In this document: one piece after another, positions 37,880 to 47,855 of the stretch | Numbering within the stretch: position 1 is the stretch's first letter | Layout: each line of letters begins with the position of its first letter | Source of the DNA: Turneriella sp. | GTDB taxonomy: Bacteria > Spirochaetota > Leptospiria > Turneriellales > Turneriellaceae | Direction: 5' to 3' | Assembly: GCA_965279515.1 (NCBI GenBank) | Contig: CBDIID010000003.1 | Location: 3,232,001-3,296,000 of the forward strand | Length of the DNA stretch: 64,000 nucleotides | Program-made: the position numbers and the translations under genes | The notes under the pieces: generated by a model | The model's input: the letters and a program-made list of their open reading frames with translations, nothing else | The model's database searches: none | What the model was told of the DNA's origin: nothing

Positions 37880-39613
37880 TTAGTGCCAGCCTGAGATATA
37901 GCGCCCCGATTGGCAGAGTTCGGCATATGAAATAAAGAGGGCGCGTTTGGTTACAACGCACTCGAGTTTGAGTTCACGGTGCTTATGGTTGGCAATGCGC
38001 GTCACGAGAAAGTGTTTTTCGCCATTTACGGGCGTTATGGCGGTCCACTTCGAACCCAGAATTTTGCCGAAGGAAATCTTCGCAGCCTTCGTTTTCTCCG
38101 CGGCTGGGGCCGCGCTGCGGATTTTCCGCCGCGCGGTATAGTCTTCCAGGTATTTTTGGAATTTCTTCATAACGTATTCATGCACGGGGGCCTGTGTCTG
38201 CGCATAAATACCCCAGGGTAATGCCGGCTCAAAATCGTGGATGGCGGCCAGAGCCTGCCCCATCGCGGGCAGGGTACGGAATTCCAGCCTGCCCGAAGGT
38301 GCCGCACCCTGGCGCAGCAACATACCACCGGTAATATAGTACAGAGCGCGCGTACTGTCAGAACGCTCGACAGAATAGCCGAGCTTGAGCAGGGTCAAAC
38401 CCTGCCCTGAAAAGATAAGATCGCGGCCGTGCATCGTCACCTTAATGAGTCCGCGCAGGTAGGCTTCCAGCCAGCGGCCATAACGCAATGCCAGCCAATG
38501 TGCGTCGACGCCCTCGGGAATGTCGAGCCGCTGTACAGAGCGTACATTGCGTGGTTTATTGGGTTTGAGCATCGGTAGCCTCAGCTTTAAAGCCGTTTCG
38601 GCAGCCGCTGCAGCTAACATTTGCGGCAATGTTTGCGGATCGCGCCCGATGAGCGCGGGCAAAGCATTATCCGCGGCCAGCATATCATGCTTGAGGCTCT
38701 CTACCAACGGATCTATCAGCGTGCGCGCCGCGCCGGAAAAAATCCGCACCCACAGTTTGCTGAGCGCATAGGAGTTTACGGGTAATGTGAATATGCGCAG
38801 GTTTCTGCCGAGAGCCTTGGCTGCAGCCTGCATCAATTGATTATAACTCACTGTAGCTGCGGATCCGATGTTCAGCACCTTGTACGTGTGCTGCACCGGT
38901 TGTTTTTTCCTCAACTTGCCGGATTGAGCAAGAGCCTGGGGGGGCACACGGGCCTCAAAACTGGACTCAACCGCAGCGTACGCTTTTTCGCTGCAAGCGA
39001 CCAGGGCCGCCACTGTGTCGGCGATACTGACGGGCTGTGATTTCGAGCGGGTCCAGGCGGGGCACACCATGACCGGTAGTCGCTTCACAAGCCGGGTCAG
39101 TACCTGATAAGAGGAGCCACCCGCACCGATCACGAGACCCGCGCGTAAGGCAATAAGTTTGGCGCCGTAACTTGCCAGAGTGCGCTCCACTTCTAAACGG
39201 CTGCGTAGGTGCAGCGATAGTTCGCCGGCGGGTACAATTCCGCCCAGATAAACGATGCGCTGAATTCCAGCTTCGTGGCAGGCGCGCGCAAAATTGTCTG
39301 CCACAATCAGGTCGAGATCCTGAAAGGTACCCTGCGTCAGCCGGTTGTTCGGCAGCATCGAATGTATGAGATAAATTGCGGTGGCGCAGCCTTGCAGGCC
39401 GTCGGCAACCTGTTTCAACGAAAAAACGTCGCACGAACGCGTCTCGAGGGCCTCGCCTGAACCGCTGTCAGCAACGGAGCGTGCGAGTATGCGCACTCTG
39501 TGTCCGCGGCGCAGAAGCTCGACTGACAAGGCCTTACCCGCGAATCCAGTACCACCAGCGATGGCAATCCGGCCGGCAGCGGCCCGCGCTTTCAATGACG
39601 GCGATGGTACCAT
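37880..39613 (-). CDS. NAD(P)-binding atypical SDR/epimerase with a C-terminal fused Trp-rich (TIGR02450-like) domain
   Basis: GGTGFAG, YLIHSM, IVYLGG and LSLHLRSR.EVE; the C-terminus reads LGSKWTAITPVNGEKHFLVT...GW. Confidence 0.82.
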   Translation of the reverse strand: MVPSPSLKARAAAGRIAIAGGTGFAGKALSVELLRRGHRVRILARSVADSGSGEALETRSCDVFSLKQVADGLQGCATAIYLIHSMLPNNRLTQGTFQDLDLIVADNFARACHEAGIQRIVYLGGIVPAGELSLHLRSRLEVERTLASYGAKLIALRAGLVIGAGGSSYQVLTRLVKRLPVMVCPAWTRSKSQPVSIADTVAALVACSEKAYAAVESSFEARVPPQALAQSGKLRKKQPVQHTYKVLNIGSAATVSYNQLMQAAAKALGRNLRIFTLPVNSYALSKLWVRIFSGAARTLIDPLVESLKHDMLAADNALPALIGRDPQTLPQMLAAAAAETALKLRLPMLKPNKPRNVRSVQRLDIPEGVDAHWLALRYGRWLEAYLRGLIKVTMHGRDLIFSGQGLTLLKLGYSVERSDSTRALYYITGGMLLRQGAAPSGRLEFRTLPAMGQALAAIHDFEPALPWGIYAQTQAPVHEYVMKKFQKYLEDYTARRKIRSAAPAAEKTKAAKISFGKILGSKWTAITPVNGEKHFLVTRIANHKHRELKLECVVTKRALFISYAELCQSGRYISGWH

Positions 39614-39909
39614 AGCAGGTGCTACATACCAGCCCCCCGGTGGTAAACCACAAACCGCAACGAGCAGGGACGGATGCCCGAAGTAATTCAACCCGCGTGG
39701 CATACAACCGTGGCATCATGTTAGACGCATTTGGGCCTTGTGGTGAACGCCGTCGTTCTGAGGCATATGTGTATTATCAAAAAAAATCTGTAAGACTGGC
39801 TCGTTTCTTCGGACCATCTGTAGCGTGCGGAATAGGCGCGAATGCCAAATGTGAAATTTGGTCTTGGTGCCATTTCCTCTCTGCGAAAATTTTTTTGAGA
39901 GGTAATTCA

Positions 39910-40347
39910 ATGAAGAAAATATTCTTTTTACTCACCGTGGCCGCCATGACGGCGGCGTTCGCTAAAGCCGGGAAAGCAGAATTCGGCGGTTACTGTGTGG
40001 TTGCTTACGTGGATGCCAATGCCGCAGTTCTGGGTACCGACAAATACGTCAGCCTGTATCAGGGCAAAACTTACTATTTTGTAAACCAGGGTGCCAAGGA
40101 TAATTTTGACAAAGACCCAGAGAAATATGCCAAAACCATTAAGTATAAAACATTTTGCGCCACGGCCGTGGCTTATGGTAAAAAGGTCGCCAGCGATCCT
40201 TCGCTGTTCAGCAATGTCAACGGTCACATTTACTTTTTTGCCAACCCGGGCGCAAAGGCCATGTTCGACAAAGACCAGCAAGTTACCATCGAAAAGGCCG
40301 AAGCAAACTGGAAAAAAGCAAAAGGGAACCCTGATGGGTTAAAGTAA
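39910..40347 (+). CDS. Secreted YHS-domain protein
   Basis: Signal peptide; GGYCVVAY, YQGKTYYF.....DNFDKDPEKY and FCATAV. Confidence 0.85.
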   Translation: MKKIFFLLTVAAMTAAFAKAGKAEFGGYCVVAYVDANAAVLGTDKYVSLYQGKTYYFVNQGAKDNFDKDPEKYAKTIKYKTFCATAVAYGKKVASDPSLFSNVNGHIYFFANPGAKAMFDKDQQVTIEKAEANWKKAKGNPDGLK

Positions 40348-40439
40348 GCCGGTTGTGAAACGCGTCTAATGCTTTATTGAAGTTGAACGATGCGTCATTT
40401 TTTGTTTGCCGCCTGTTTCCAGTGGGATTTCCATCCGCC

Positions 40440-41258
40440 ATGAAAACATTCCAAGGCCGTGTGGCCGTCATCACTGGCGCAGGCTCGGGCATCGGCCGCG
40501 CGCTCGCTCTCAACCTGGCTCAAAAGGGTTGTAAACTCGCTCTCAGCGACATCCGCGCCGAAAGCGTCGCCGAAACGGCTAAGCTCTGCGAGGCTTACAC
40601 AGGCGATGTCATGTTCGACGCGATGGACGTCGCCGATAAAAAGGCGATGCAGGCTTATCCAGACAAGGTCATCCAAAAATTCGGCGCGGTACACATCGTG
40701 ATCAACAATGCCGGCGTCGCGGTCTCGGCGAGCGTCGAAGAGACCAGCATCGAAGACTATGAGTGGCTCATGGGCATCAACTGGTGGGGCGTGCTCTACG
40801 GCACGAAATTTTTTCTGCCGCATCTGCAAAAGGTGGATGAAGCGCATATCGTGAATATCTCGAGCGTATTCGGCCTCATCGGTGTGCCCACGCAGTCGGC
40901 GTACAATGCCGCCAAATTCGCCGTGCGCGGTTTTACAGAATCACTGCGGCAAGAACTTGCCGACACACACATCGGCGTCAGCTGTGTGCACCCCGGCGGC
41001 ATCAAGACCAACATTGCCGCGTACGCGCGCTACAAGACCGGCCCGAACGGAGACACCAACCATGCGACTGCCAGTGAAAAATTCGCAAAGCTCGCGCGCA
41101 CGACGCCCGAAGAGGCCGCGGCGACGATTGTGAAAGGTATTGAAAAAAAATCTCCGCGTGTGCTGATCGGCGCCGACGCTGTGGCGATCGACGTCATGGC
41201 GCGCACCATGCCCGAGAGTTATTCAACGGTTTTAGGCCAGCTGCTGAAACTTGGCTAG
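40440..41258 (+). CDS. Short-chain dehydrogenase/reductase
   Basis: TGAGSGIG, NNAG, NISS, YNAAK and HPGGIKT. Confidence 0.95.
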   Translation: MKTFQGRVAVITGAGSGIGRALALNLAQKGCKLALSDIRAESVAETAKLCEAYTGDVMFDAMDVADKKAMQAYPDKVIQKFGAVHIVINNAGVAVSASVEETSIEDYEWLMGINWWGVLYGTKFFLPHLQKVDEAHIVNISSVFGLIGVPTQSAYNAAKFAVRGFTESLRQELADTHIGVSCVHPGGIKTNIAAYARYKTGPNGDTNHATASEKFAKLARTTPEEAAATIVKGIEKKSPRVLIGADAVAIDVMARTMPESYSTVLGQLLKLG

Positions 41259-41311
41259 CCATAGGGGAAATTTCTTTACATGGTGCGTCCCGCCGGGCGC
41301 GCTGAGTCTCC

Positions 41312-41869
41312 GTGTCGCGCAGGGATATAATCTTACGATGGGGTATTGTAACCTGCCTGCTGTCATGCACCGCCTGCAAGACATTTGACATCCAACGCGA
41401 TGCCTACGATGGCTCGCGCATCATCGAGTATTCGGTGATTGCCGGTGATCGCGGCGGCGCAGATACCCTGGATTCGATCGATCTGAAATTCCAGAAAACC
41501 ATCCGAAAAACGGGAACTCCCGGCCTGCGGTTATTTTTCCATGCAGTCGGCAACGCCTACATGGCGCTCAGTATCGAGCCGCAGCTGACCGTAAAGGTCG
41601 ACGGAAAGGAGAATTTACTGCCGATTGCCAATCTGAGTTATTCCGGGGAGCGCGCCGGAGGCGCTGACCACAAGGGCTACCTGGATACGGGCATTCCTTA
41701 CCTGCATATTCGAGGAGAAGTCGACCTGGCAGCAGTGAAAGAGCAGTTACTCAAAGCCGATGCGCTCGTGATGCGGCTGCAACGCGAAGGTAAATCCGCC
41801 ATCTTTGTATTCTCAGCGCGTGAGGTCCAAAACGTTCAAAAACTCGTCCAGCATACAGGCGATGAGTAG
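41312..41869 (+). CDS. Hypothetical lipoprotein
   Basis: CLLSCTAC lipobox-like N-terminus; fills the gap between the SDR gene and arsC. Confidence 0.6.
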   Translation: MSRRDIILRWGIVTCLLSCTACKTFDIQRDAYDGSRIIEYSVIAGDRGGADTLDSIDLKFQKTIRKTGTPGLRLFFHAVGNAYMALSIEPQLTVKVDGKENLLPIANLSYSGERAGGADHKGYLDTGIPYLHIRGEVDLAAVKEQLLKADALVMRLQREGKSAIFVFSAREVQNVQKLVQHTGDE

Positions 41870-41891
41870 TTTCAAAATTTGTGGCCTGTTA

Positions 41892-41907
41892 ATCGTATAT
41901 TTACGAT
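41892..41907 (+). promoter_or_regulatory. Putative ArsR operator
   Basis: Perfect inverted repeat ATCGTA-TATT-TACGAT ending 35 bp upstream of arsC. Confidence 0.7.
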
Positions 41908-41942
41908 ATTAGATCAGAAAGCCAATACTGGAGTTATTAACT

Positions 41943-42356
41943 ATGAAGCGAATTCTTGTCTTATGCACGGGCAATAGCTGCCGCAGCCAGATTGCCGAGG
42001 GCTATTTACGCCACTTTGCGGGTGACCGCGCCGAAGTCCTGAGCGCTGGCGTCGAAACCCACGGTGTCAATCCGCGCGCTATTCAGACGATGCAAGAAGA
42101 TGGCATCGATATCTCTGCCCATACCTCGAACAATGTCTCTGAATACATGGGGCAGAACTTTGATCTCATCATTACCGTCTGCGACAACGCCAAAGAGCGC
42201 TGCCCGGTATTCCCGTCGAAAGCGGAACGTTTCCACCACAATTTCCCTGACCCGGCGAAAGCCACCGGCAGCGAAGAAGAAATCAGGGCTGAGTTCCGCC
42301 GGGTGCGGCAGATGATCAAAGAATATTCCGAAAAATTTGTACGCGAACATGTCTGA
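41943..42356 (+). CDS. arsC: Arsenate reductase (thioredoxin-coupled, LMW-PTP fold)
   Basis: [19 protein letters not shown] and FPDPA. Confidence 0.95.
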   Translation: MKRILVLCTGNSCRSQIAEGYLRHFAGDRAEVLSAGVETHGVNPRAIQTMQEDGIDISAHTSNNVSEYMGQNFDLIITVCDNAKERCPVFPSKAERFHHNFPDPAKATGSEEEIRAEFRRVRQMIKEYSEKFVREHV

Positions 42357-43407
42357 AACTGCAGCCCCAAAACTCTCTTTTCTCGACCGTTACCTGACGC
42401 TGTGGATTTTTGCCGCGATGGCCGCCGGCGTCGCTATCGGCTGGTTTTTTCCCCGCACACCGCAGCTGCTTGGCACCTTTCAGGTAGGTTCGACGAACTA
42501 CCTGATCGCCGCAGGGTTGATACTGATGATGTATCCGCCGCTCGCCAAGGTCAGGTATGAGAAGCTGGGGCAGGTATTTCGCGACCGCAAGGTGTTGCTG
42601 CTGTCGATGGTACAGAACTGGCTGATCGGTCCGGTACTGATGTTTGCCCTGGCCGTGTCGCTGCTCGCCGACAAGCCCGAATACATGACCGGCCTCATTC
42701 TGATCGGTATCGCGCGCTGTATTGCCATGGTGATTGTCTGGAATGATCTCGCGCGCGGCGACAAAGAATATGCAGCCGGTCTCGTCGCCTTCAACAGTTT
42801 TTTCCAGGTTCTCTTTTACAGCGTCTATGCCTATGTCTTTGTCACCTGGCTGCCGCCGCTCTTTGGTGTGCGCGGCGTGGCGGTTCCGATTACGATTACG
42901 ATGGGCCAGATTGCCGGCAGCGTTCTGATCTATCTGGGTATCCCGTTTTTTGGCGGCATGCTCACACGTTTTCTGCTGCTCCGGCTGAAAGGGCAGGAAT
43001 GGTATGAGAAGGTGTTTATAGCGCGCCTCAGCCCGCTCACGCTGATTGCGCTGCTCTTTACGATCGTGGTGATGTTCAGCTATAAGGGTGACCTGATTGT
43101 GAAGATCCCGGGGGATGTCCTCAGGATCGCGCTTCCGCTCTTGATCTATTTTGCGGTCATGTTCGTGGGCAGTCTTTTTCTTGCGCGGCGCGCCGGTGTC
43201 GATTATGAAAAATCGGTTTCCCTGGCTTTTACCGCCGCTGGTAACAATTTTGAACTGGGTATCGCCGTGGCGATCGCCGTCTTCGGCATCGATTCGGGCG
43301 TGGCATTTGCCGCCGTCGTCGGGCCGCTGATTGAAGTGCCGGCATTGATCTTGCTCGTGCAATTTGCCTTGAAACAAAAACAGCGTTTTTCCAGGAGTGT
43401 CGCATGA
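42349..43407 (+). CDS. acr3: ACR3-family arsenite efflux transporter
   Basis: [36 protein letters not shown] and GPLIEVP. Confidence 0.96.
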   Translation: MSETAAPKLSFLDRYLTLWIFAAMAAGVAIGWFFPRTPQLLGTFQVGSTNYLIAAGLILMMYPPLAKVRYEKLGQVFRDRKVLLLSMVQNWLIGPVLMFALAVSLLADKPEYMTGLILIGIARCIAMVIVWNDLARGDKEYAAGLVAFNSFFQVLFYSVYAYVFVTWLPPLFGVRGVAVPITITMGQIAGSVLIYLGIPFFGGMLTRFLLLRLKGQEWYEKVFIARLSPLTLIALLFTIVVMFSYKGDLIVKIPGDVLRIALPLLIYFAVMFVGSLFLARRAGVDYEKSVSLAFTAAGNNFELGIAVAIAVFGIDSGVAFAAVVGPLIEVPALILLVQFALKQKQRFSRSVA

Positions 43408-43739
43408 TCAACAAAAGCACCGAATTTGCTTCGCGCGAACAGCAGCTCGCATCCGCGGCGAAGGCGCTGTCGCACCCCGCGCGTCTTGAAATTCTGAAAT
43501 TACTCGCGGGACTCAAGGACTGTATGTGCGGCGATATTGTGAACGAATTGCCGCTGGCGCAATCCACAGTTTCGCAGCACCTCAAATCACTCAAAGAAGC
43601 GGGATTGATTAAAGGTGAAATCAACGGCCCGAGAACATGCTACTGCATAGACATCGATGCGGTGAAAGAGCTGCATGAGAATATTGAAATCTTCTTCCAG
43701 GAAATCAGGACCGCAGCCCGGAACCAGGGTTGTTGTTAA
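43404..43739 (+). CDS. arsR: ArsR/SmtB family repressor
   Basis: [39 protein letters not shown] and C-terminal GCC. Confidence 0.92.
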   Translation: MINKSTEFASREQQLASAAKALSHPARLEILKLLAGLKDCMCGDIVNELPLAQSTVSQHLKSLKEAGLIKGEINGPRTCYCIDIDAVKELHENIEIFFQEIRTAARNQGCC

Positions 43740-43747
43740 GGAGCGTT

Positions 43748-44926
43748 ATGATCATACCAGCCGAATACCTCAACAAACACTGCCACTGCAAAACCCTCGA
43801 TAAAAACACGCTGGAATACCCGCAGTTCTTCAGCCCGCACCCGCATTTCATTGCCGAAAAAGACCTGAAATCGACCGCTGTATTCATCGAAGCCTACGAG
43901 CGCCTGCTTGCCGATGAAAATGTCCGCTCGCAGTTTCTGTCGAGGCTCGCCAAACCGGGGGATGCGCCCGAAGCCGGCATTTTTAACTCGTATGATTTTC
44001 ATATCAGCGATACCGGGCCGCAGCTCATTGAGATCAACAGCAACGCCGCCGGCGCCGTCGTTTCGCTTTTTGCCGCGACAAAAATTATGCAGTGCTGCGA
44101 GGGCATGCTCGATAATTTTTCGGCTGAGAAGACTTTAACCGAAGGCGAATCGATCATCCGTATGTTTCGCGAAGAGTATGCGCTGCGTTTTCCAGGTAAG
44201 GTGTTACGCTCGGTCGCCATCGTCGACGAAGACCCCACGAACCAGTTTTTTTATCCGGAATTTTTGCTGGCGCAGAAATTATTACGCCGCAACAATATCG
44301 AAACCGTCATCGCCGCGCCAGGAGACATCCGCATCGAAGGTGACGCTGTCTACGCGGGGGATATCCCCATCGACTTCATCTATAACCGCACAACGGATTT
44401 TTATTTTGAAAACGTTTCTTCGCAGGTGCTCAAAGAGGTCTATGAGCGCGGTCTTGCGACAGTGAGCCCCAACCCTGCCGTGCATGCGCTCTATGCAAAT
44501 AAGGCGAACCTGGCATACTTCTGGTCGTCCGCTGCTGAGTCGCTGCCAGCGGGTGATCTGGCGACGGTGCGCGCGCACTTGCCCGAGACAAAGTTCGTCA
44601 CTGCGGAAAACGCGGCACTGCTCTGGAGCGGGCGGAAGCAATGGTTCTTTAAACCCGTCGAAGGTTTTGGCGGAAAGGGTGTCTACCGTGGCGATAAACT
44701 GACCTCTAAGGTCTGGCTACACATTCAGGCAGGCGGATATATTGCGCAAAAATATATTGTACCGCGGGAACGCCAGGTTGCGCCTGCAGAATCGCTGAAA
44801 TACGATGTGCGCGTCTATGCCTACCGGGGTAAAATTCTCGGGCTCATGGCGCGGTATTACCAGGGACAGACGACGAATTTCCGCACCGCGTCGGGCGGTC
44901 TCGCGCACGTGCTCGTCGCCGCCTGA
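43748..44926 (+). CDS. Circularly permuted ATP-grasp (glutathione/glutathionylspermidine synthase-like) ligase
   Basis: AAGGAG RBS; YDFH....GPQLIEINSNA, IYNRTTDF, FFKP..GFGGKGVY, AQ.Y, KYDVR and GQTTNFRT..GG. Confidence 0.8.
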   Translation: MIIPAEYLNKHCHCKTLDKNTLEYPQFFSPHPHFIAEKDLKSTAVFIEAYERLLADENVRSQFLSRLAKPGDAPEAGIFNSYDFHISDTGPQLIEINSNAAGAVVSLFAATKIMQCCEGMLDNFSAEKTLTEGESIIRMFREEYALRFPGKVLRSVAIVDEDPTNQFFYPEFLLAQKLLRRNNIETVIAAPGDIRIEGDAVYAGDIPIDFIYNRTTDFYFENVSSQVLKEVYERGLATVSPNPAVHALYANKANLAYFWSSAAESLPAGDLATVRAHLPETKFVTAENAALLWSGRKQWFFKPVEGFGGKGVYRGDKLTSKVWLHIQAGGYIAQKYIVPRERQVAPAESLKYDVRVYAYRGKILGLMARYYQGQTTNFRTASGGLAHVLVAA

Positions 44927-44930
44927 AGTT

Positions 44931-45713
44931 TTAGAATTTGATGCTGTGGCAGCGCACTGACATCTGCATGAAGAAGTCGCGGTTGCTGCGCACGACTTCG
45001 GTTTGGCCGCCCAGGTAAACACTGAGGTTTTCCACAGGTAAACTCATGGAGACAAAACCGCCGAAGCGCAGCGAGCTGTCGTAGCGCACGAAATCACCGC
45101 CGGCATAACTGATGTCGATACCCGTACCGATACGCCTGAACAGTGTGACGGCGGCGGTAAAGATCGCGCCGGGGTAGGTATGGTACATGCCTTCCACCGC
45201 CGGCTTTGCGGCAAAGGGAATCGCTGCATACGCGCGTATGCCAAAATAAAAATACGATACCGGAAAATCAAAGGCGAGACCGGGGCGCGCCTGCCAGGTC
45301 TGCAGGCTTAGTGCCGTCTTGCCGACCGGGATCGTCGCCGCGCCTGTGATACTCACGGATGGTGCATAACGGTTGCCGCCGAAAATATCTTTCGCGCCAA
45401 AAACCGCCGGATCACCCATGCCGGTTTCAGAAACCGAACCTGTGACTTTTTGATTGCTGTCGGCGTAATAATATTCAGAATTTGCACTTCGTGAAGCGAA
45501 GGGCGCACTGACACCGGCGAGCCAGGTTTTTCCTTCATAACCCAGCGCGGCATTGGCCGCAAAATACCGGCCGTTGACTGTCGCCGTGTCACCCGTACCG
45601 AAAACACTGTTGCTGCTTTGGTAGATCGTACCGGCTTCAAGAAAACCGCCGGTTGAATGGATCGCCGAACTCAGTATGAAGATACCTGTCAGCACATGCA
45701 CGTGACCGCGCAT
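44931..45713 (-). CDS. Predicted outer-membrane beta-barrel protein
   Basis: Signal-like N-terminus; TGMGDP and IPVG motifs reminiscent of MetA-pathway-type barrels; C-terminal Phe. Confidence 0.55.
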   Translation of the reverse strand: MRGHVHVLTGIFILSSAIHSTGGFLEAGTIYQSSNSVFGTGDTATVNGRYFAANAALGYEGKTWLAGVSAPFASRSANSEYYYADSNQKVTGSVSETGMGDPAVFGAKDIFGGNRYAPSVSITGAATIPVGKTALSLQTWQARPGLAFDFPVSYFYFGIRAYAAIPFAAKPAVEGMYHTYPGAIFTAAVTLFRRIGTGIDISYAGGDFVRYDSSLRFGGFVSMSLPVENLSVYLGGQTEVVRSNRDFFMQMSVRCHSIKF

Positions 45714-45721
45714 CGGTATTC

Positions 45722-46381
45722 TCAGTGCTGCTTATCGACGACACCCTGCGTGCCGGTCGGATTGTGTGGCTCGGTAGGCAGGGGCCTGGATTCCGGCGGC
45801 GGTTTTAAAGCCGGCAGGTTCTGCTGTATTTCGCGTTGCATGATGGCGCGGTTGCTGTCGGCGCGGTTATCGGCGGGCGCCGCCGAGGTTATTGTTTTGC
45901 GCGCGGCAGTATCGCTGGCGGCGCGCACCGCTTTTTCGCCGGTGATGCCCGAGCGTCCAAAATCGCCCAACAGGTCGATGACACCGATCAGCGTCGGCGG
46001 GTTATCTTTATTTTGCCTGACAGCGCTTTCGATGTCGGTTGTCTTAGCGCCGCGTTTTACCGCGATCACGACCGACTGCGCGATCTGATTTTTATTCGGA
46101 TTTCCCGCGGTGCTGACGGGCGCGACGAGCCGCGCCGCTTCGGTATAGAGTTCGCGTTCACGCGTGACGGCTTTGCGCAGCGCGTCGGAAGGAACTCCCT
46201 TGGCAATACCCTCGCGGATTTTGTTGTAAAGAGGTTTTGCATCGAGACCGGCGGCGCGCATTTTGCCCGCTTCGGCCCGTATAAAATCGCGCTCCGCTGC
46301 GGGGACGCCCGTCAGGTCATCGGCATAACTTGCCGATGCAAACCATCCGGCTAAAAAAAACAGTTTTAATAAGCATTTCAT
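45722..46381 (-). CDS. Secreted helical hypothetical protein
   Basis: Signal peptide (FASASYA); PLYNKIREGIAKGVP motif; Pro-rich tail. Confidence 0.7.
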   Translation of the reverse strand: MKCLLKLFFLAGWFASASYADDLTGVPAAERDFIRAEAGKMRAAGLDAKPLYNKIREGIAKGVPSDALRKAVTRERELYTEAARLVAPVSTAGNPNKNQIAQSVVIAVKRGAKTTDIESAVRQNKDNPPTLIGVIDLLGDFGRSGITGEKAVRAASDTAARKTITSAAPADNRADSNRAIMQREIQQNLPALKPPPESRPLPTEPHNPTGTQGVVDKQH

Positions 46382-46716
46382 TCTATCACCGCCACGGCAT
46401 TCACCCCGCCGAAACCATCGTCAATTTTCTCGCGCGCCGTGATCGGTAGAAAACGCCCGGTAGAATTTTTAAAAGTATATTCGTAACGGCCCGGCTCCAG
46501 GTCGAGATCGAGCCAGTAGTAGGAGCCCCAGCGGTGCATCTGATGGGCATTGCTGTCCCAGCCATTCCAGCTGCCGATGAGTGTTATTTCGCCTGCGTTT
46601 TCCATATCTAATTCAAAACGATGACCATGTTTCACCGGAAAGGGAATCCAACGGGTGCTCGCGCAACCGGTGCAAAGCAAAAGGATGACCAAAATGCCCG
46701 TGAGCGGCAGACGCAC
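46378..46716 (-). CDS. Lipoprotein with a CBM48/AMPK-beta-type glycogen-binding domain
   Basis: CTGC lipobox; LIGSWNGW, LEPGRYEYTF and DDGFGGVNAV. Confidence 0.82.
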   Translation of the reverse strand: MRLPLTGILVILLLCTGCASTRWIPFPVKHGHRFELDMENAGEITLIGSWNGWDSNAHQMHRWGSYYWLDLDLEPGRYEYTFKNSTGRFLPITAREKIDDGFGGVNAVAVIE

Positions 46717-46752
46717 AGGCCGACAGAGTAATAATCGTTAACGTGTGTAAAG

Positions 46753-47274
46753 TCATAAAATTAGCAGGCTATTTTCCTTGCCAAAGTCGTCATTGACGCG
46801 CGCCGGGCAGCGCGGGTCGATTGTCCAGACGCCATCGACCACGAATTGGTACTGGTAACGGCCCGGTGGCAGAGACATCTTGAGATGCCAGTTACCGCCG
46901 TCGCGTTTTTCGAGCTTCATTTTTCCCGAACGCCATTCTGCGAAATCACCGGCGAGCTCGACGCTTTTGGCGTCGGGGGCGTGGTAGCTGAATTCGACAG
47001 GTACGAGTCCTTCTTTAACCTGCTGCTTCTGGTTGGGCCCTGGAAGAATCTGCAGGCCGAAGATAAACGCCGCTGCTGCCCCGGTCATAACCAGCGCATG
47101 CACCGGTGTGAAAATGGCGCGGCGGTACCAGGGAATGTAGGGCGCCTGGATCTCGGGAGCCGCGGCACGCAGCGCGCGCTTGATCTTATCTTTCAGTCCA
47201 AACTGCTCGGCGAGCTGATGTGCCGCCTCGCGGCGTCGTTCACGGTCAAAACGCAATTGTTCTCTTAAGTCCAT
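46753..47274 (-). CDS. Putative anti-sigma factor with a C-terminal CBM48/AMPK-beta-type glycogen-binding domain
   Basis: Short cytoplasmic N-terminus, one TM, then APDAKSVELAGDFAEW...LPPGRYQYQFVVDG.W..DP...DDFGKENS; overlaps the ECF sigma gene. Confidence 0.85.
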   Translation of the reverse strand: MDLREQLRFDRERRREAAHQLAEQFGLKDKIKRALRAAAPEIQAPYIPWYRRAIFTPVHALVMTGAAAAFIFGLQILPGPNQKQQVKEGLVPVEFSYHAPDAKSVELAGDFAEWRSGKMKLEKRDGGNWHLKMSLPPGRYQYQFVVDGVWTIDPRCPARVNDDFGKENSLLIL

Positions 47275-47840
47275 AAATACTCCCGCAGTTGCGGATTGGT
47301 TTTCGCCAGCTGCTTACGCGCGCGAAAAAGCCGCACCTTGATGAGCGAAACAGGTACCTTGAGTGCGGTGGAAATTTCGTTCATCGATAATTCTTCTTCA
47401 TAAAATAACATCAATACATTACGCATCGCCTCGGGCAAACGGTCGATCGCGGCTCTCAGGTCGCGTGCGAGTTCGCGCTCCTCGAGGTTACGGGCGGTCT
47501 CAGAGCGATCGAGAATCTCATCCATTTCAGGCTGCGATTCGACAAGCCGGCTGCGGGCACTCTTCTTAAGATCGCGCACCAGGTTCAGCGCGATGCCAAA
47601 AAGCCACGTGGAAAACCGGCTGCCCTCGCGGAAGCGCTGGATGTTATTGATAGCCCGAATAAACGCCTCCTGTGCCACTTCGAGTGCATCGTCTTCATTA
47701 CCCGTATGCCGCATCAGGAAGCCAATGAGTGGCCCCTGCCAGGTACCGATAAGCCAATCCCAGCCGGTTTCATCGCCGGCGCGCGCACGGGCAATCGCCT
47801 CCGCTTCGCCGCTTTTGGGGTCTTGCGGCTGGGTGATCAT
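47265..47840 (-). CDS. ECF sigma factor
   Basis: DALEVAQEAFIRA, FSTWLFGIALN and LSMNEIS.ALKVP...IKVRLFRAR. Confidence 0.94.
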   Translation of the reverse strand: MITQPQDPKSGEAEAIARARAGDETGWDWLIGTWQGPLIGFLMRHTGNEDDALEVAQEAFIRAINNIQRFREGSRFSTWLFGIALNLVRDLKKSARSRLVESQPEMDEILDRSETARNLEERELARDLRAAIDRLPEAMRNVLMLFYEEELSMNEISTALKVPVSLIKVRLFRARKQLAKTNPQLREYLWT

Positions 47841-47855
47841 GCTCTCTCTAGATGG

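Noticed and set aside
39910..40347. Possible selenoprotein, since some YHS-family members carry Sec
   Set aside because: There is no in-frame TGA; the ORF ends in TAA and uses Cys.
42316..43377. 353-aa minus-strand ORF
   Set aside because: Antisense shadow of acr3.
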